This document shows positions 40,967-50,271 of a stretch of DNA of 64,000 nt, in pieces (position 1 is the stretch's first letter; every line of letters starts with the position of its first letter). Source of the DNA: Promethearchaeota archaeon (GTDB lineage Archaea; Asgardarchaeota; Lokiarchaeia; Sigyniarchaeales; SOKP01). The notes beneath the pieces were generated by a model. That model was given only the letters and a program-made list of their open reading frames with translations. It made no database searches and was not told the DNA's origin. The stretch spans positions 64,001 to 128,000 of the forward strand of contig JAHLWP010000004.1 of assembly GCA_019057865.1 (NCBI GenBank). The letters run 5' to 3'. Made by a program: the position numbers and the translations under genes.

Positions 40967-41650
40967 TTAATCAACAGCAACTTGGAGATGACTCAAAAGA
41001 TCATCAATTTGCTCAATTTTTTTCTTTACGTTTAGGACTGTATTAAGAATAACGATTTTATTCTTCCATATCATACTAATAGTACCTGCTTTTAACATCA
41101 TATATTCAAATAAATCCGGAATTTCTTTCTTGATCCTTAAACCTCTAACTGGAAATCGCTCAGTTGTCACAGAAAAAATGCCTTTCTTATGATAAACTTC
41201 GTTTCTCTCAATTTTGTAATAATCAAATCTAGTTGTAATAAAAATCAGTCCTAAAATCAATCCTAAAATTATGGTCATTATCATATAGAACTCTGCCGGA
41301 AGTCCAAGATTAAAATCCTCCCCAAGAACTCCTTCTTGTTCCAAAGTAGGAATTAAACTAAAAAAAATAACTAACAAAACAACAATAATAGTAATGAGAA
41401 TTAAAACTAAGACTCTATATGATGGAAAATCTAATACAGTTACACTAAAATTTCCAAAAAATATAATTATCCAAATCCCACCAAGCCAAGCGTTTAACTC
41501 CTCCTCTAGAAACAGTTGAATTATCCAAAATAGTATCGATAATACAAACAAGGGTAAGAAAAATATTCCTTTTGAAAAATTTCTTAAAATTATTACGTCC
41601 TTTCCCATTGAACTATTATTCTTTTTGTTAATTTCTTCCATATTAATCAT
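40967..41650 (-). CDS. Tandem paralogue of 40081..40749
   Basis: Shares RFDYYKIERNEVYHKKGIFS...KKEIPDLFEY...TVLN. Confidence 0.75.
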   Translation of the reverse strand: MINMEEINKKNNSSMGKDVIILRNFSKGIFFLPLFVLSILFWIIQLFLEEELNAWLGGIWIIIFFGNFSVTVLDFPSYRVLVLILITIIVVLLVIFFSLIPTLEQEGVLGEDFNLGLPAEFYMIMTIILGLILGLIFITTRFDYYKIERNEVYHKKGIFSVTTERFPVRGLRIKKEIPDLFEYMMLKAGTISMIWKNKIVILNTVLNVKKKIEQIDDLLSHLQVAVD

Positions 41651-41745
41651 ATTCTAATTAAAATTTTCATATAATGGGGCTTTTATTAATTTTCTATATA
41701 ACACTTAAATTAAAAAAAATTTCTATTCCCTAATTATAAATATTT

Positions 41746-42495
41746 TTAATAAAATGATCTAATAGATCTAACCATCCGATAAGAAAGCTCTATTTGTTGG
41801 TTTCCATTTTCACTAATACCCATATGACCAGGAAGAAGATATTTTACATCTAAATTATTTACAAACTTTATTGATTCGATTAATTTATTTAAGGATCCTC
41901 CAGGAAAATCATATCTCCCAAAACTCCCACCTGTAAATACTAAATCTCCCGGAATCAATATTCTATGATTTGGTTCATAATAACTTATCGAACCAAGAGA
42001 ATGTCCCGGAGTATAATGAATCTGAAAAGTAAATCCAGGAAAAATTTGAACTTCTGTTAAGCCATTAAGGTCAATAATTTCTAATGGTTCTATTTCTATA
42101 CCAAACATTTCTGGTCCAATTCCCCAATCTCCGGGAAAAATTTTGGATTCATTACCTCCCTTTAAGATATTAGCAGTATCACCGTAAGCAAAAATCTTAG
42201 GAGGATTTTCTTTCATAACCTCCATTATTTTATAGACTCCTAGAACATGGTCAACATGTTCATGTGTGAGATATACCTTAGTTATATTATTAGGATCTAA
42301 ATTTATTTTTTTCATTCCATCAAATAAACCTTTTAGACTTGCCCCATTGCCTGTATCAAATAGAGCTAGTTCATCAGAATTTTGATCTACAATAATATAT
42401 TGATTGCAATCTAGCATTTGGTTTTCTGGGAAATAAAATAAATTATTAAAGACTTTTCTTCCTTCCTTTATTGTACTAGTTCTAGGTATATACAT
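41746..42495 (-). CDS. MBL-fold metallo-hydrolase
   Basis: THEHVDHV, TPGHS, GDLVF, PGH. Confidence 0.92.
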   Translation of the reverse strand: MYIPRTSTIKEGRKVFNNLFYFPENQMLDCNQYIIVDQNSDELALFDTGNGASLKGLFDGMKKINLDPNNITKVYLTHEHVDHVLGVYKIMEVMKENPPKIFAYGDTANILKGGNESKIFPGDWGIGPEMFGIEIEPLEIIDLNGLTEVQIFPGFTFQIHYTPGHSLGSISYYEPNHRILIPGDLVFTGGSFGRYDFPGGSLNKLIESIKFVNNLDVKYLLPGHMGISENGNQQIELSYRMVRSIRSFY

Positions 42496-42608
42496 AAATT
42501 CAAACCATTAATTAATAAAAAATTAAAAATCTCCTAACTTTAATGTTTTTCTGTTAAAAGATATAATAAAATAATTAAATAAAAATAATCTAAAAATAAT
42601 TAATAATT

Positions 42609-42989
42609 ATGTCTAAAGAACCCAAAATTGAAGATTTAAAATCCAAAATAAGTTTTGGTATTAAAATCTGGTTAGAATTCGAGAATAAAAGTATATTGGG
42701 TTCGGGATGGGCTAAATTATTAGAAAGAATTGAAAAAAGTAAAGAAGGGTCATTAACTCAAGCAGCCAAAGAATGTAATTACTCATATAAGTATGCTTGG
42801 AATATTCTAAAGAGGATTGAGAAAAGAACAGGTATGAGCCCCGTTGATACCAGTAAAGGCGGGAGTGGAGGTGGAGGCTATGTAAAAATAAATGTATGGG
42901 GTAGATTTCTTTTAAAGTCTTACAATGAATATCTAGAAGAAATTAGAAAAGCTGAGAAGAGACTTGGTGAATTGATGAAAATCAATTAA
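42609..42989 (+). CDS. ModE N-terminal-type winged-helix regulator
   Basis: GSLTQAAKECNYSYKYAW, KGGSGGG. Confidence 0.88.
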   Translation: MSKEPKIEDLKSKISFGIKIWLEFENKSILGSGWAKLLERIEKSKEGSLTQAAKECNYSYKYAWNILKRIEKRTGMSPVDTSKGGSGGGGYVKINVWGRFLLKSYNEYLEEIRKAEKRLGELMKIN

Positions 42990-43076
42990 TAATTACATTT
43001 TAATTTTAAAATTGATTATTTCTAACAAAGGATTAGAAATATAATACTGTTTTAAAAAATCATTAGATAGAATAGA

Positions 43077-43505
43077 ATGGTAGAAGATAAATTAAATAAA
43101 TTCGGGGAAATTAAAGTATCTGAAATTATGATTTATAATCCACTTTATGTAACTCCTGATGAGAAAATCAGTACAACAGAACTTCTAATGTTAAGAAAAA
43201 ATATTGGAGGTCTTCCCGTTGTAAAAGATACTATAAAAAAACAGCTAGTTGGAATTATAACACAAAGAGACATCCGATTAGCTAGATTTGCTATGAACCT
43301 AGAATCTCCAAATAAAACTGTTAAAGATTTGATGACTCCAGAACCATTTGTCGTTAAAAAGGATACCACTATAAAGTACGCTTTAGCGCTTATGTTTGAT
43401 AAAAAAATTGAACGTTTACCAGTAGTAAATGAGAATAATGAATTAATTGGATTATTATTACAAACCAATATTCTCAAATCATTATTAGAACATCTAAAAC
43501 AATAG
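43077..43505 (+). CDS. CBS-pair protein
   Basis: Two CBS motifs (GLPVV...GIITQRD; RLPVV...GLL). Confidence 0.9.
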   Translation: MVEDKLNKFGEIKVSEIMIYNPLYVTPDEKISTTELLMLRKNIGGLPVVKDTIKKQLVGIITQRDIRLARFAMNLESPNKTVKDLMTPEPFVVKKDTTIKYALALMFDKKIERLPVVNENNELIGLLLQTNILKSLLEHLKQ

Positions 43506-43658
43506 TTCTATAAAATGAATATAGTAACTCATTTTTTGAAAAATTTCTGTGTAAAAAGAAATATAATTAAGAATTTTATTATTATAATATTATATTATCA
43601 TTAAAGAAGTTTTAATGATTATTAGGAAATTAGAATAGAATAACAATTTTGATCTAGG

Positions 43659-45188
43659 ATGGCAATACCTCTACCCGGAACGCCGATAATAATTGACATT
43701 GGTTCAGTATATGTAAAAATTGGTTTTGCTGGAGAACCTAGCCCTAGATTTGTATTCCCATGCATTACTGGAACAGAAAAATATAAAGCTGTACTAGTTG
43801 ACGTTGGAGCGCGCAGTATATATGTTGGTAATGATGCAGAACGTATGCGCGGTGTGTTAAAGATAAAATATCCAATACAGAGAGGCACAATTATGGATTG
43901 GAATAGTTATTATGAGATCTTAAATTATATCTTTTACACATTATTAAGAATTGACAACCTCTATGATTATCCTGTTTTTTATACTGAAGCGCCATTTGTA
44001 CAAAAAGAAACTAAGGAATATATTGCAAGAGTTCTATTTGAAACGCATAGAGTTAAAAGTTTAATGATGATGTCAACACCATTATTGTCAATATTTAGTG
44101 TTGGTCTTACATCAGGTTTGGTTATAGAAAGTGGTGATGGATTAACCTGGGTTGTTCCAGTTGTTAATGGAAAAATAGTCCATCAAGCAGTCCAACAGAT
44201 AAAGCTTGCGGGTATTGATGTTAATCAAAACTTAAAAAATCTATTAATGAGGGAAGGGATAAGCATAGCATCTTCGGCAGTCGATGAAATAGTTAGGGAA
44301 ATTAAGGAAAAAAATTGTTATTTCATTTTAGATCCACAAAAATCTCCTACTACAAGGGATAAATTAAGTTATTCTATGCCTGATGGGGCGAGTTTAAAAA
44401 TCCCTAGTCATGTCCTCCATGAAGCTCCTGAAGTTTTATTTAATCCTAGTATATTAGGATATGGTAATGTTCAAAGCATTCAAGAAGCTATTATTACTTG
44501 TTTAAAAATTATGGATAAACAATATTGGAGTGAACTTTTATCTCATATAGTATTTTCAGGAGGAAATCTTTCATATAGTGGTTTTCAAGAAAGATTTGAA
44601 TCAGAATTAGATAAACTTCTCCCCCAGTTAGGGCGTATTCCTAAACCAATTACTCCAATGTCTGCTGTTAAAAGTGAATTAATAAAATTACAAGCAATGG
44701 AAATTAAGAAGAAAAAAGAAGATACATGTCCTCAATGTGGAGCTTATGTGGATTTAAGCACTGGAATAGAATATTGTCCCTCTTGTAACGCTCGAATGGT
44801 AGTACCTGAAATAAAAATTGGCCCTGAAGTAGAGAAAGAAAAAAAATTGAAAAAAGGAATCACGGTTAGATGCCCAAAATGTAAAAAAGAAATAAAAGAT
44901 CCTTCCTCGGTTTTCTGCCCTTATTGTGGAAGAACCATCGAGGAATTAGAGAAAGTTGTTATTCCCGAAAAAGTTAGTAAAAAAACTCCTGCTCAAGAAT
45001 TTTCTGAATTTTTTGAATCTGCAAATAAACTCCTTAGATTTTTTGTTCCAGATAATCTTCAATATGCAATTTTTAATGGAGCAGCGATTTTAGGTAGTCT
45101 CCCTAGTTTTTTACAACTTTTTATTACTTATGAACAATTCCAATCTGATAAAAATTTATTATATCGAGATATCAGCGAAATACTTTAA
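43659..45188 (+). CDS. Actin-related protein with double zinc-ribbon insertion
   Basis: IIIDIGSVYVKIGFAGEPSPRFVFP, KYPIQRGTIMDW, TEAP, GLVIESGDG, PEVLFNPS, VFSGG, GAAILGSL. Confidence 0.92.
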   Translation: MAIPLPGTPIIIDIGSVYVKIGFAGEPSPRFVFPCITGTEKYKAVLVDVGARSIYVGNDAERMRGVLKIKYPIQRGTIMDWNSYYEILNYIFYTLLRIDNLYDYPVFYTEAPFVQKETKEYIARVLFETHRVKSLMMMSTPLLSIFSVGLTSGLVIESGDGLTWVVPVVNGKIVHQAVQQIKLAGIDVNQNLKNLLMREGISIASSAVDEIVREIKEKNCYFILDPQKSPTTRDKLSYSMPDGASLKIPSHVLHEAPEVLFNPSILGYGNVQSIQEAIITCLKIMDKQYWSELLSHIVFSGGNLSYSGFQERFESELDKLLPQLGRIPKPITPMSAVKSELIKLQAMEIKKKKEDTCPQCGAYVDLSTGIEYCPSCNARMVVPEIKIGPEVEKEKKLKKGITVRCPKCKKEIKDPSSVFCPYCGRTIEELEKVVIPEKVSKKTPAQEFSEFFESANKLLRFFVPDNLQYAIFNGAAILGSLPSFLQLFITYEQFQSDKNLLYRDISEIL

Positions 45189-45378
45189 ACTTATAAATAA
45201 ATTTTCCAGATTTTATATACAAAAAAATTTCTATATATAAATCTCATCTCAATATTTAATATTCTTTTACGTTGAAATTTTGATATAAAATCAATTAATT
45301 ATAGTTAATTTTTAATTCCAAGTTAAATTTTAGAAATTAAAATTTAGTTATTCAGAATCATATTAAGGTTTTCTATAA

Positions 45379-46482
45379 GTGAAGAGTAAATATCTGAACC
45401 TAATTGTTATTGTTTTAGTACTCATATTTTTATTAAGTGCAATTCCTGCGGTTATAGGTAAGTCCCGCGAAAGTTATTTAATTAATTTTATATATAGTAA
45501 TGAAATTGAAGGTTTTGGATTTTCAAATTCTAAGGATAATGGTGAAACTGTTTCATATGAAGCTACTGCTTATGCATTGCAAATCTTAGATTCCTCTGGA
45601 AAAAACCCTCATGATGCCTCTTTACTTAAGGATAATTTAAAAGAGAATATAACAGAGATATTTAATGAAGAAGATTTTATTTATGATTTATATTTTCTAT
45701 TAAAATCACTTGAAATTTTAGAAGATTCACCTGATGCCGATTTAAAAGATAGGATTTCTGAATATCTTAATCAAACTGAGCAGGATGGAGGGGGTTTTTC
45801 TATATCGAATACATCTACTTCGGTCAGTATAAGTTCGACTTATTTCGTTATTCAAATCTTTTCTTTAATTAATGAATCTGTAAATATTCATAAAAATGAA
45901 ACTTTACATAAAAATTGGGTATTATCTTGTAATAATACTGGTGGCGGTTATGGTGGGAATAGCAGCTTATCCTCCACATTGTTAAGTACTTATTATGCTG
46001 CTTCAATTTTAACTGATTTAGGATTCAGTCCAGATGATCTAGTTAATGTTAGTCAGACTCTAGATTATTTTAAATCATTTTATGTAAACAATACGGGTGA
46101 TATAAATAATTATGGGGGGTATTTACCTGATGATTCAGCTATATTTGCTTTACTAAGCAGTACGTTTTATTGTGTTAATAAAATAGATTTAATTGAACCT
46201 CAAGACTTAAATAAGGGTCCCACAGTCAATTGGGTAATAGATCATCAAAATTTTATAGATGGGGGTTTTGTAGATACCACTTATGGTGATGAAGAAAAAT
46301 CTTCTTCAATTGTCAGTTCTTATTTTGCTTTTGAAATCTTAAACACATTTAACTCTCTAAGTGTATTAAATGAAGATGTTTGGATGGTAGAGTTTAATTA
46401 TTGGATTTTAATAGCAGTTTTAGGTAGTATTGGATTCACTATCTTTCTTATCTATGTTATTTGGCGAAAAAGAAGAGTATAA
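45379..46482 (+). CDS. Secreted, C-terminally anchored prenyltransferase/squalene-cyclase repeat protein
   Basis: Signal peptide; repeats DGGGF/GGGYG/DGGF...STY(F/Y)A; C-terminal TM plus RKRRV. Confidence 0.75.
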   Translation: MKSKYLNLIVIVLVLIFLLSAIPAVIGKSRESYLINFIYSNEIEGFGFSNSKDNGETVSYEATAYALQILDSSGKNPHDASLLKDNLKENITEIFNEEDFIYDLYFLLKSLEILEDSPDADLKDRISEYLNQTEQDGGGFSISNTSTSVSISSTYFVIQIFSLINESVNIHKNETLHKNWVLSCNNTGGGYGGNSSLSSTLLSTYYAASILTDLGFSPDDLVNVSQTLDYFKSFYVNNTGDINNYGGYLPDDSAIFALLSSTFYCVNKIDLIEPQDLNKGPTVNWVIDHQNFIDGGFVDTTYGDEEKSSSIVSSYFAFEILNTFNSLSVLNEDVWMVEFNYWILIAVLGSIGFTIFLIYVIWRKRRV

Positions 46483-46582
46483 ATCTCTTTCATTACTCTT
46501 TATGACTATATTAATAATCTCATTTAAATTTAGGGAAAGTTTCAAAAGTTTTGATATTATCAATTAATACTATTATTTAACG

Positions 46583-47446
46583 ATGGAAAATAAAATTCTA
46601 AATGGAAGAAATTTAGCAGATAAGTTAAATTTAGAATTAAAAGAAGAAATAAATAAATTTGTTAAAAAAACAGGAATCAAACCTAAATTAGCCGCGATAT
46701 TAGTTGGTGAAGACCCAGCTTCAGAAGTTTATGTTAATATTAAACGAAAAAAGTGTGCTGAGGCAGGTATTGAATCTATCTTAGTTAAATTGGATAAAGA
46801 AATTTCAAATGAAGAGTTATTAAATGAAATTGATAAATTAAATAAGGATAAAACTGTTCATGGTATTATTTTACAATTACCTCTTCCAAATAAATTACGT
46901 GAGAGTACAAATGAATTCATAGAAAAGATATTTCCTCTTAAAGATGTAGATGGTTCTAGTCCTATTAACAAAGGTATGCTTTTTGATTATAATGAAGAAT
47001 TAGCAGCATGTACTCCTAAAGGTATTATAGCTTTACTCGAATATTATAATATAGATCTTAAGGGAAAAGATGTAGTTATTATTAATCGTTCCAATCTAGT
47101 AGGGAAACCACTAATTTTCATGCTTTTAAAACGAAACGCAACTGTAACGGTTTGTCATACATCAACAAAGAATATAGAGGAACATATGAGAAGAGCTGAT
47201 ATACTAATAGTAGCAGTAGGAATACCAAATTTTATAACTCAGGAGAAAATAAAAAAAGGAGCTATAATTATTGATGTCGGACAAAGTAGAGTTGAAGGGA
47301 AATTATTTGGAGATGTTGATTTTGATGATGTTCTTGAAAGATGCGCAGCGATAACCCCAACTCCTGGGGGAGTAGGACCTCTTACGGTAGCCTTTTTGCT
47401 CCAAAATACCTTCATTGCATATAAAAAACAAATAAAAATTTATTAA
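46583..47446 (+). CDS. folD: Bifunctional methylene-THF dehydrogenase/cyclohydrolase
   Basis: YVNIK, HGIILQLPLP, KDVDG, CTPKG, RSNLVGKP, TPTPGGVGPLT. Confidence 0.95.
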   Translation: MENKILNGRNLADKLNLELKEEINKFVKKTGIKPKLAAILVGEDPASEVYVNIKRKKCAEAGIESILVKLDKEISNEELLNEIDKLNKDKTVHGIILQLPLPNKLRESTNEFIEKIFPLKDVDGSSPINKGMLFDYNEELAACTPKGIIALLEYYNIDLKGKDVVIINRSNLVGKPLIFMLLKRNATVTVCHTSTKNIEEHMRRADILIVAVGIPNFITQEKIKKGAIIIDVGQSRVEGKLFGDVDFDDVLERCAAITPTPGGVGPLTVAFLLQNTFIAYKKQIKIY

Positions 47447-47549
47447 TTAATAGTTTAAAAAGAAATAGAAATAAATATATTAATTATTAATATAAAACAT
47501 ATAATCTTACTAAAGTAAGATCTTATACTCAAAAAAAAAAATCTGAATT

Positions 47550-48005
47550 ATGGCTATCCTTGAAGTGGGCGTGAATTTAGGCACTAAGAATCTTATCGAA
47601 ATTAAATACTATTCTTCCTCAGATAATCTTTTGGATGCCGATTTAAGAGCAGGATTCCTTTCTGCTTTAGAATCCTTCACAACTGAAGTCTTTGGTGACA
47701 ATATAAATGTAGTATCTCTTGCCTCATTTAAATTAGTCTGCTATTCGGAAATGATTGCTTTACCAGGGGATGATCCTAATAATAAGCAACCTCTATTATC
47801 TTATGCCATAATTGAAAAAGAAACAGACACAACAATGGTTAAACAATATTTGACTGAGATTTTATCTTATTTTCTTAATAGATATTCTTTGTATGATATC
47901 TTTGAAAAAAAATATAAATACTTTAAAACATTTGAAAGTCGAATCAATGAAATTTTAGGCGATTTAAAACTAAAAACAGAAGATAGATTCCGATCTATAT
48001 TTTAA
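47550..48005 (+). CDS. Longin-like domain protein
   Basis: DLRAGFLSALESFTTEVFG helix motif shared with other longin-like domains in the window. Confidence 0.65.
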   Translation: MAILEVGVNLGTKNLIEIKYYSSSDNLLDADLRAGFLSALESFTTEVFGDNINVVSLASFKLVCYSEMIALPGDDPNNKQPLLSYAIIEKETDTTMVKQYLTEILSYFLNRYSLYDIFEKKYKYFKTFESRINEILGDLKLKTEDRFRSIF

Positions 48006-48026
48006 TTAACTTATAGAGGTTTTAAT

Positions 48027-49226
48027 TTGAGCTCTAATTTACCACCTCAAGCTAAGGCCAAATATCAAGAGTATTTAGATGCTGGTTCTTTAGAGGAAAG
48101 AATAAAAAAACTTGAGGAATTTTTATCTTTAGTTCCTAAACATAAAGCTACAGAAAAAATAGTAGCCCTAAATCGCTCTCGCTTAGCTAAATTGAAAAAA
48201 GAATTTGAAAAAAAGCGATATATACAAAAAAGTACTCAAAAAATTATATCTCCCTTTTCAATAAAGAAAGAGGGAATTCAAATAATCCTAATCAGTGATT
48301 TCCATACACCTGGAGCTGGTAAAACCTCTCTTTTAAATTATTTAACTGGAGCTGCGAAAAAAAAGATTGGAAAATTTACCCCAATTCCAGAAATAGGAAT
48401 TTACGAATATAATAAAATTAGATATCAAATTGTTGATATGCCTTCAATAATGGAGGGGGCTTCAAATGGAATTGGAAATGGTAAGGAAATTCTTTCTCAG
48501 CTAAGATCTTGCGATTTAATTTGCATTTGTATTGATTTATCACGCAATTATGAAGAACAAATGAACCTATTATTAAATGAATTAAATAACGCAAATATAA
48601 GGATAAATATTCCTCCACCACCAATAACAATTGAAAAAACAGGTTCTAATAAAATTCAAGTCTTATACTTGACAAGTGAAGCAAAAAACATCAATGAAAA
48701 TCTTGATGAATTAACTGAAAGAATAAAAGAAATTGTTCATGAAGGTGGCCTCAGAAATGCAATAGTCAGGGTTTATGGTAGAATTACACTTGAAAAAGTT
48801 GTTGATGCATTAAATCCTTCAATAGTTTATAAAAAAGCAATTATAATTGGAACTAAGGGGGATCTAGCTCATACTCAAGAAATATTTGAAAATTTAAAAA
48901 AATTATATTCAGAAACATTTCCAATAATCATTGGAACTAGTGTAAAAAAAAGTGAATTTCCAGATAATTTTGGCGAAATTTTACTAAAATATTTGGATAA
49001 AATAAGAATCTACACTATGAATTTTGGAATAATTGCAGAAAAGCCTTTAATTATCAATAAAGAAAATGCTACTGTAAAAGAGGTTGCAAATAAAATCCAT
49101 AGAAGTTTTGTTGAGTTATTCGATCATGCAATAGTAATCAGAGAAGCAGATCGCCAAAAGCGTAAAAAAGTAGGTACAGAATATCAATTAAAAGATAATG
49201 ATGTTATTGAACTACACTTAATTTAA
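48027..49226 (+). CDS. DRG/OBG-family GTPase with TGS domain (divergent G motifs)
   Basis: PKHKATEK, GAGKTS, IVDMP, TKGD, KIH...KKVG..Y.LKDNDVI. Confidence 0.85.
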   Translation: MSSNLPPQAKAKYQEYLDAGSLEERIKKLEEFLSLVPKHKATEKIVALNRSRLAKLKKEFEKKRYIQKSTQKIISPFSIKKEGIQIILISDFHTPGAGKTSLLNYLTGAAKKKIGKFTPIPEIGIYEYNKIRYQIVDMPSIMEGASNGIGNGKEILSQLRSCDLICICIDLSRNYEEQMNLLLNELNNANIRINIPPPPITIEKTGSNKIQVLYLTSEAKNINENLDELTERIKEIVHEGGLRNAIVRVYGRITLEKVVDALNPSIVYKKAIIIGTKGDLAHTQEIFENLKKLYSETFPIIIGTSVKKSEFPDNFGEILLKYLDKIRIYTMNFGIIAEKPLIINKENATVKEVANKIHRSFVELFDHAIVIREADRQKRKKVGTEYQLKDNDVIELHLI

Positions 49227-49229
49227 TTT

Positions 49230-50177
49230 TTAATTTAAATAATCCTCAATATTGTCATTCATATTTAGGATTGAAGATATGGTAGTAGTAAGCTCCTCAT
49301 CAGTAATCTCTTCTTTATTAATTAACTTTAAAGCTAAATCTCTATACTTCATCCAATTGCTTTTTGAAGATATAAGCTTTAACTTAGTAGAAAACGAGTA
49401 TAAATTAATATAAATATCCTTATAATCACCATCACGAATAGCTTTGGAACCCATTCCTTCAATTGTAGCTGGTAATGATGTTTTTACTTTATTTAAATAA
49501 TAATTCAATTTAAGCTTTGTATCCTTATATAAACCTTTAAGTTTTTTTAATTCCTCTTGATAAACCATAAAAAATCTTTCATCTCTTAATCGTTCGCATA
49601 ATTTAAGTATTCGTTCTACAATTAGTAATTTCTCAATAATCGCTGCTTTATTGAATTTTTCAATAAGTAATTCTCTTTCTTGAATTATAACTTTTTTTTC
49701 TTGTACAGAATGATCCTTCCTATGTGACCAAATTGTTTTTAGAAAATGTTCTGGTTTTTCAAGTAATGATGTTCCTTCTATTAATTTCTTGTTAGATAAT
49801 ATCAATTCTGAAAGAGCTTTATCTAAGATCTTAAGTTCTTTTTTATCTTCAACCCAATCGAGAATATTTTGTTTAAATTTTAATAAAACTTTTATAAATT
49901 TAGGAATTAATTTAGTAATATTTTTATAATCTTGCTTATCGGCAATAATTACTAAATCTGCTTCAATTTCCTCCAAAGATGTTATATATACTGTATAGTC
50001 ACCTAACTCAATATTCTTTAATTCTTTTGAACCTTCAAGAACTAATTCTGAAATAAAGCTTTTTATAGCTGAAAAAAAGCTACTAAATATTTCCATCTTT
50101 CCAGACTCAATGTCTTGGAAATTTTTTTCATACATCAATGAACCGGAATGGCTAAAAAGAAATATAGAATAAAGCAT
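49230..50177 (-). CDS. Longin-like N-terminal domain plus helical C-terminus
   Basis: SIFLFSHSGSLMYEK...IFSSFFSAIKSFISE...LKNIELGD. Confidence 0.7.
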   Translation of the reverse strand: MLYSIFLFSHSGSLMYEKNFQDIESGKMEIFSSFFSAIKSFISELVLEGSKELKNIELGDYTVYITSLEEIEADLVIIADKQDYKNITKLIPKFIKVLLKFKQNILDWVEDKKELKILDKALSELILSNKKLIEGTSLLEKPEHFLKTIWSHRKDHSVQEKKVIIQERELLIEKFNKAAIIEKLLIVERILKLCERLRDERFFMVYQEELKKLKGLYKDTKLKLNYYLNKVKTSLPATIEGMGSKAIRDGDYKDIYINLYSFSTKLKLISSKSNWMKYRDLALKLINKEEITDEELTTTISSILNMNDNIEDYLN

Positions 50178-50271
50178 AAAATTTTTGAGTTAAATTTTAA
50201 TTTTCCCAATAAAATCTTATTGAATTATAATATTAATTAATAAATTTTTACGATATAATAAATTTATATAC

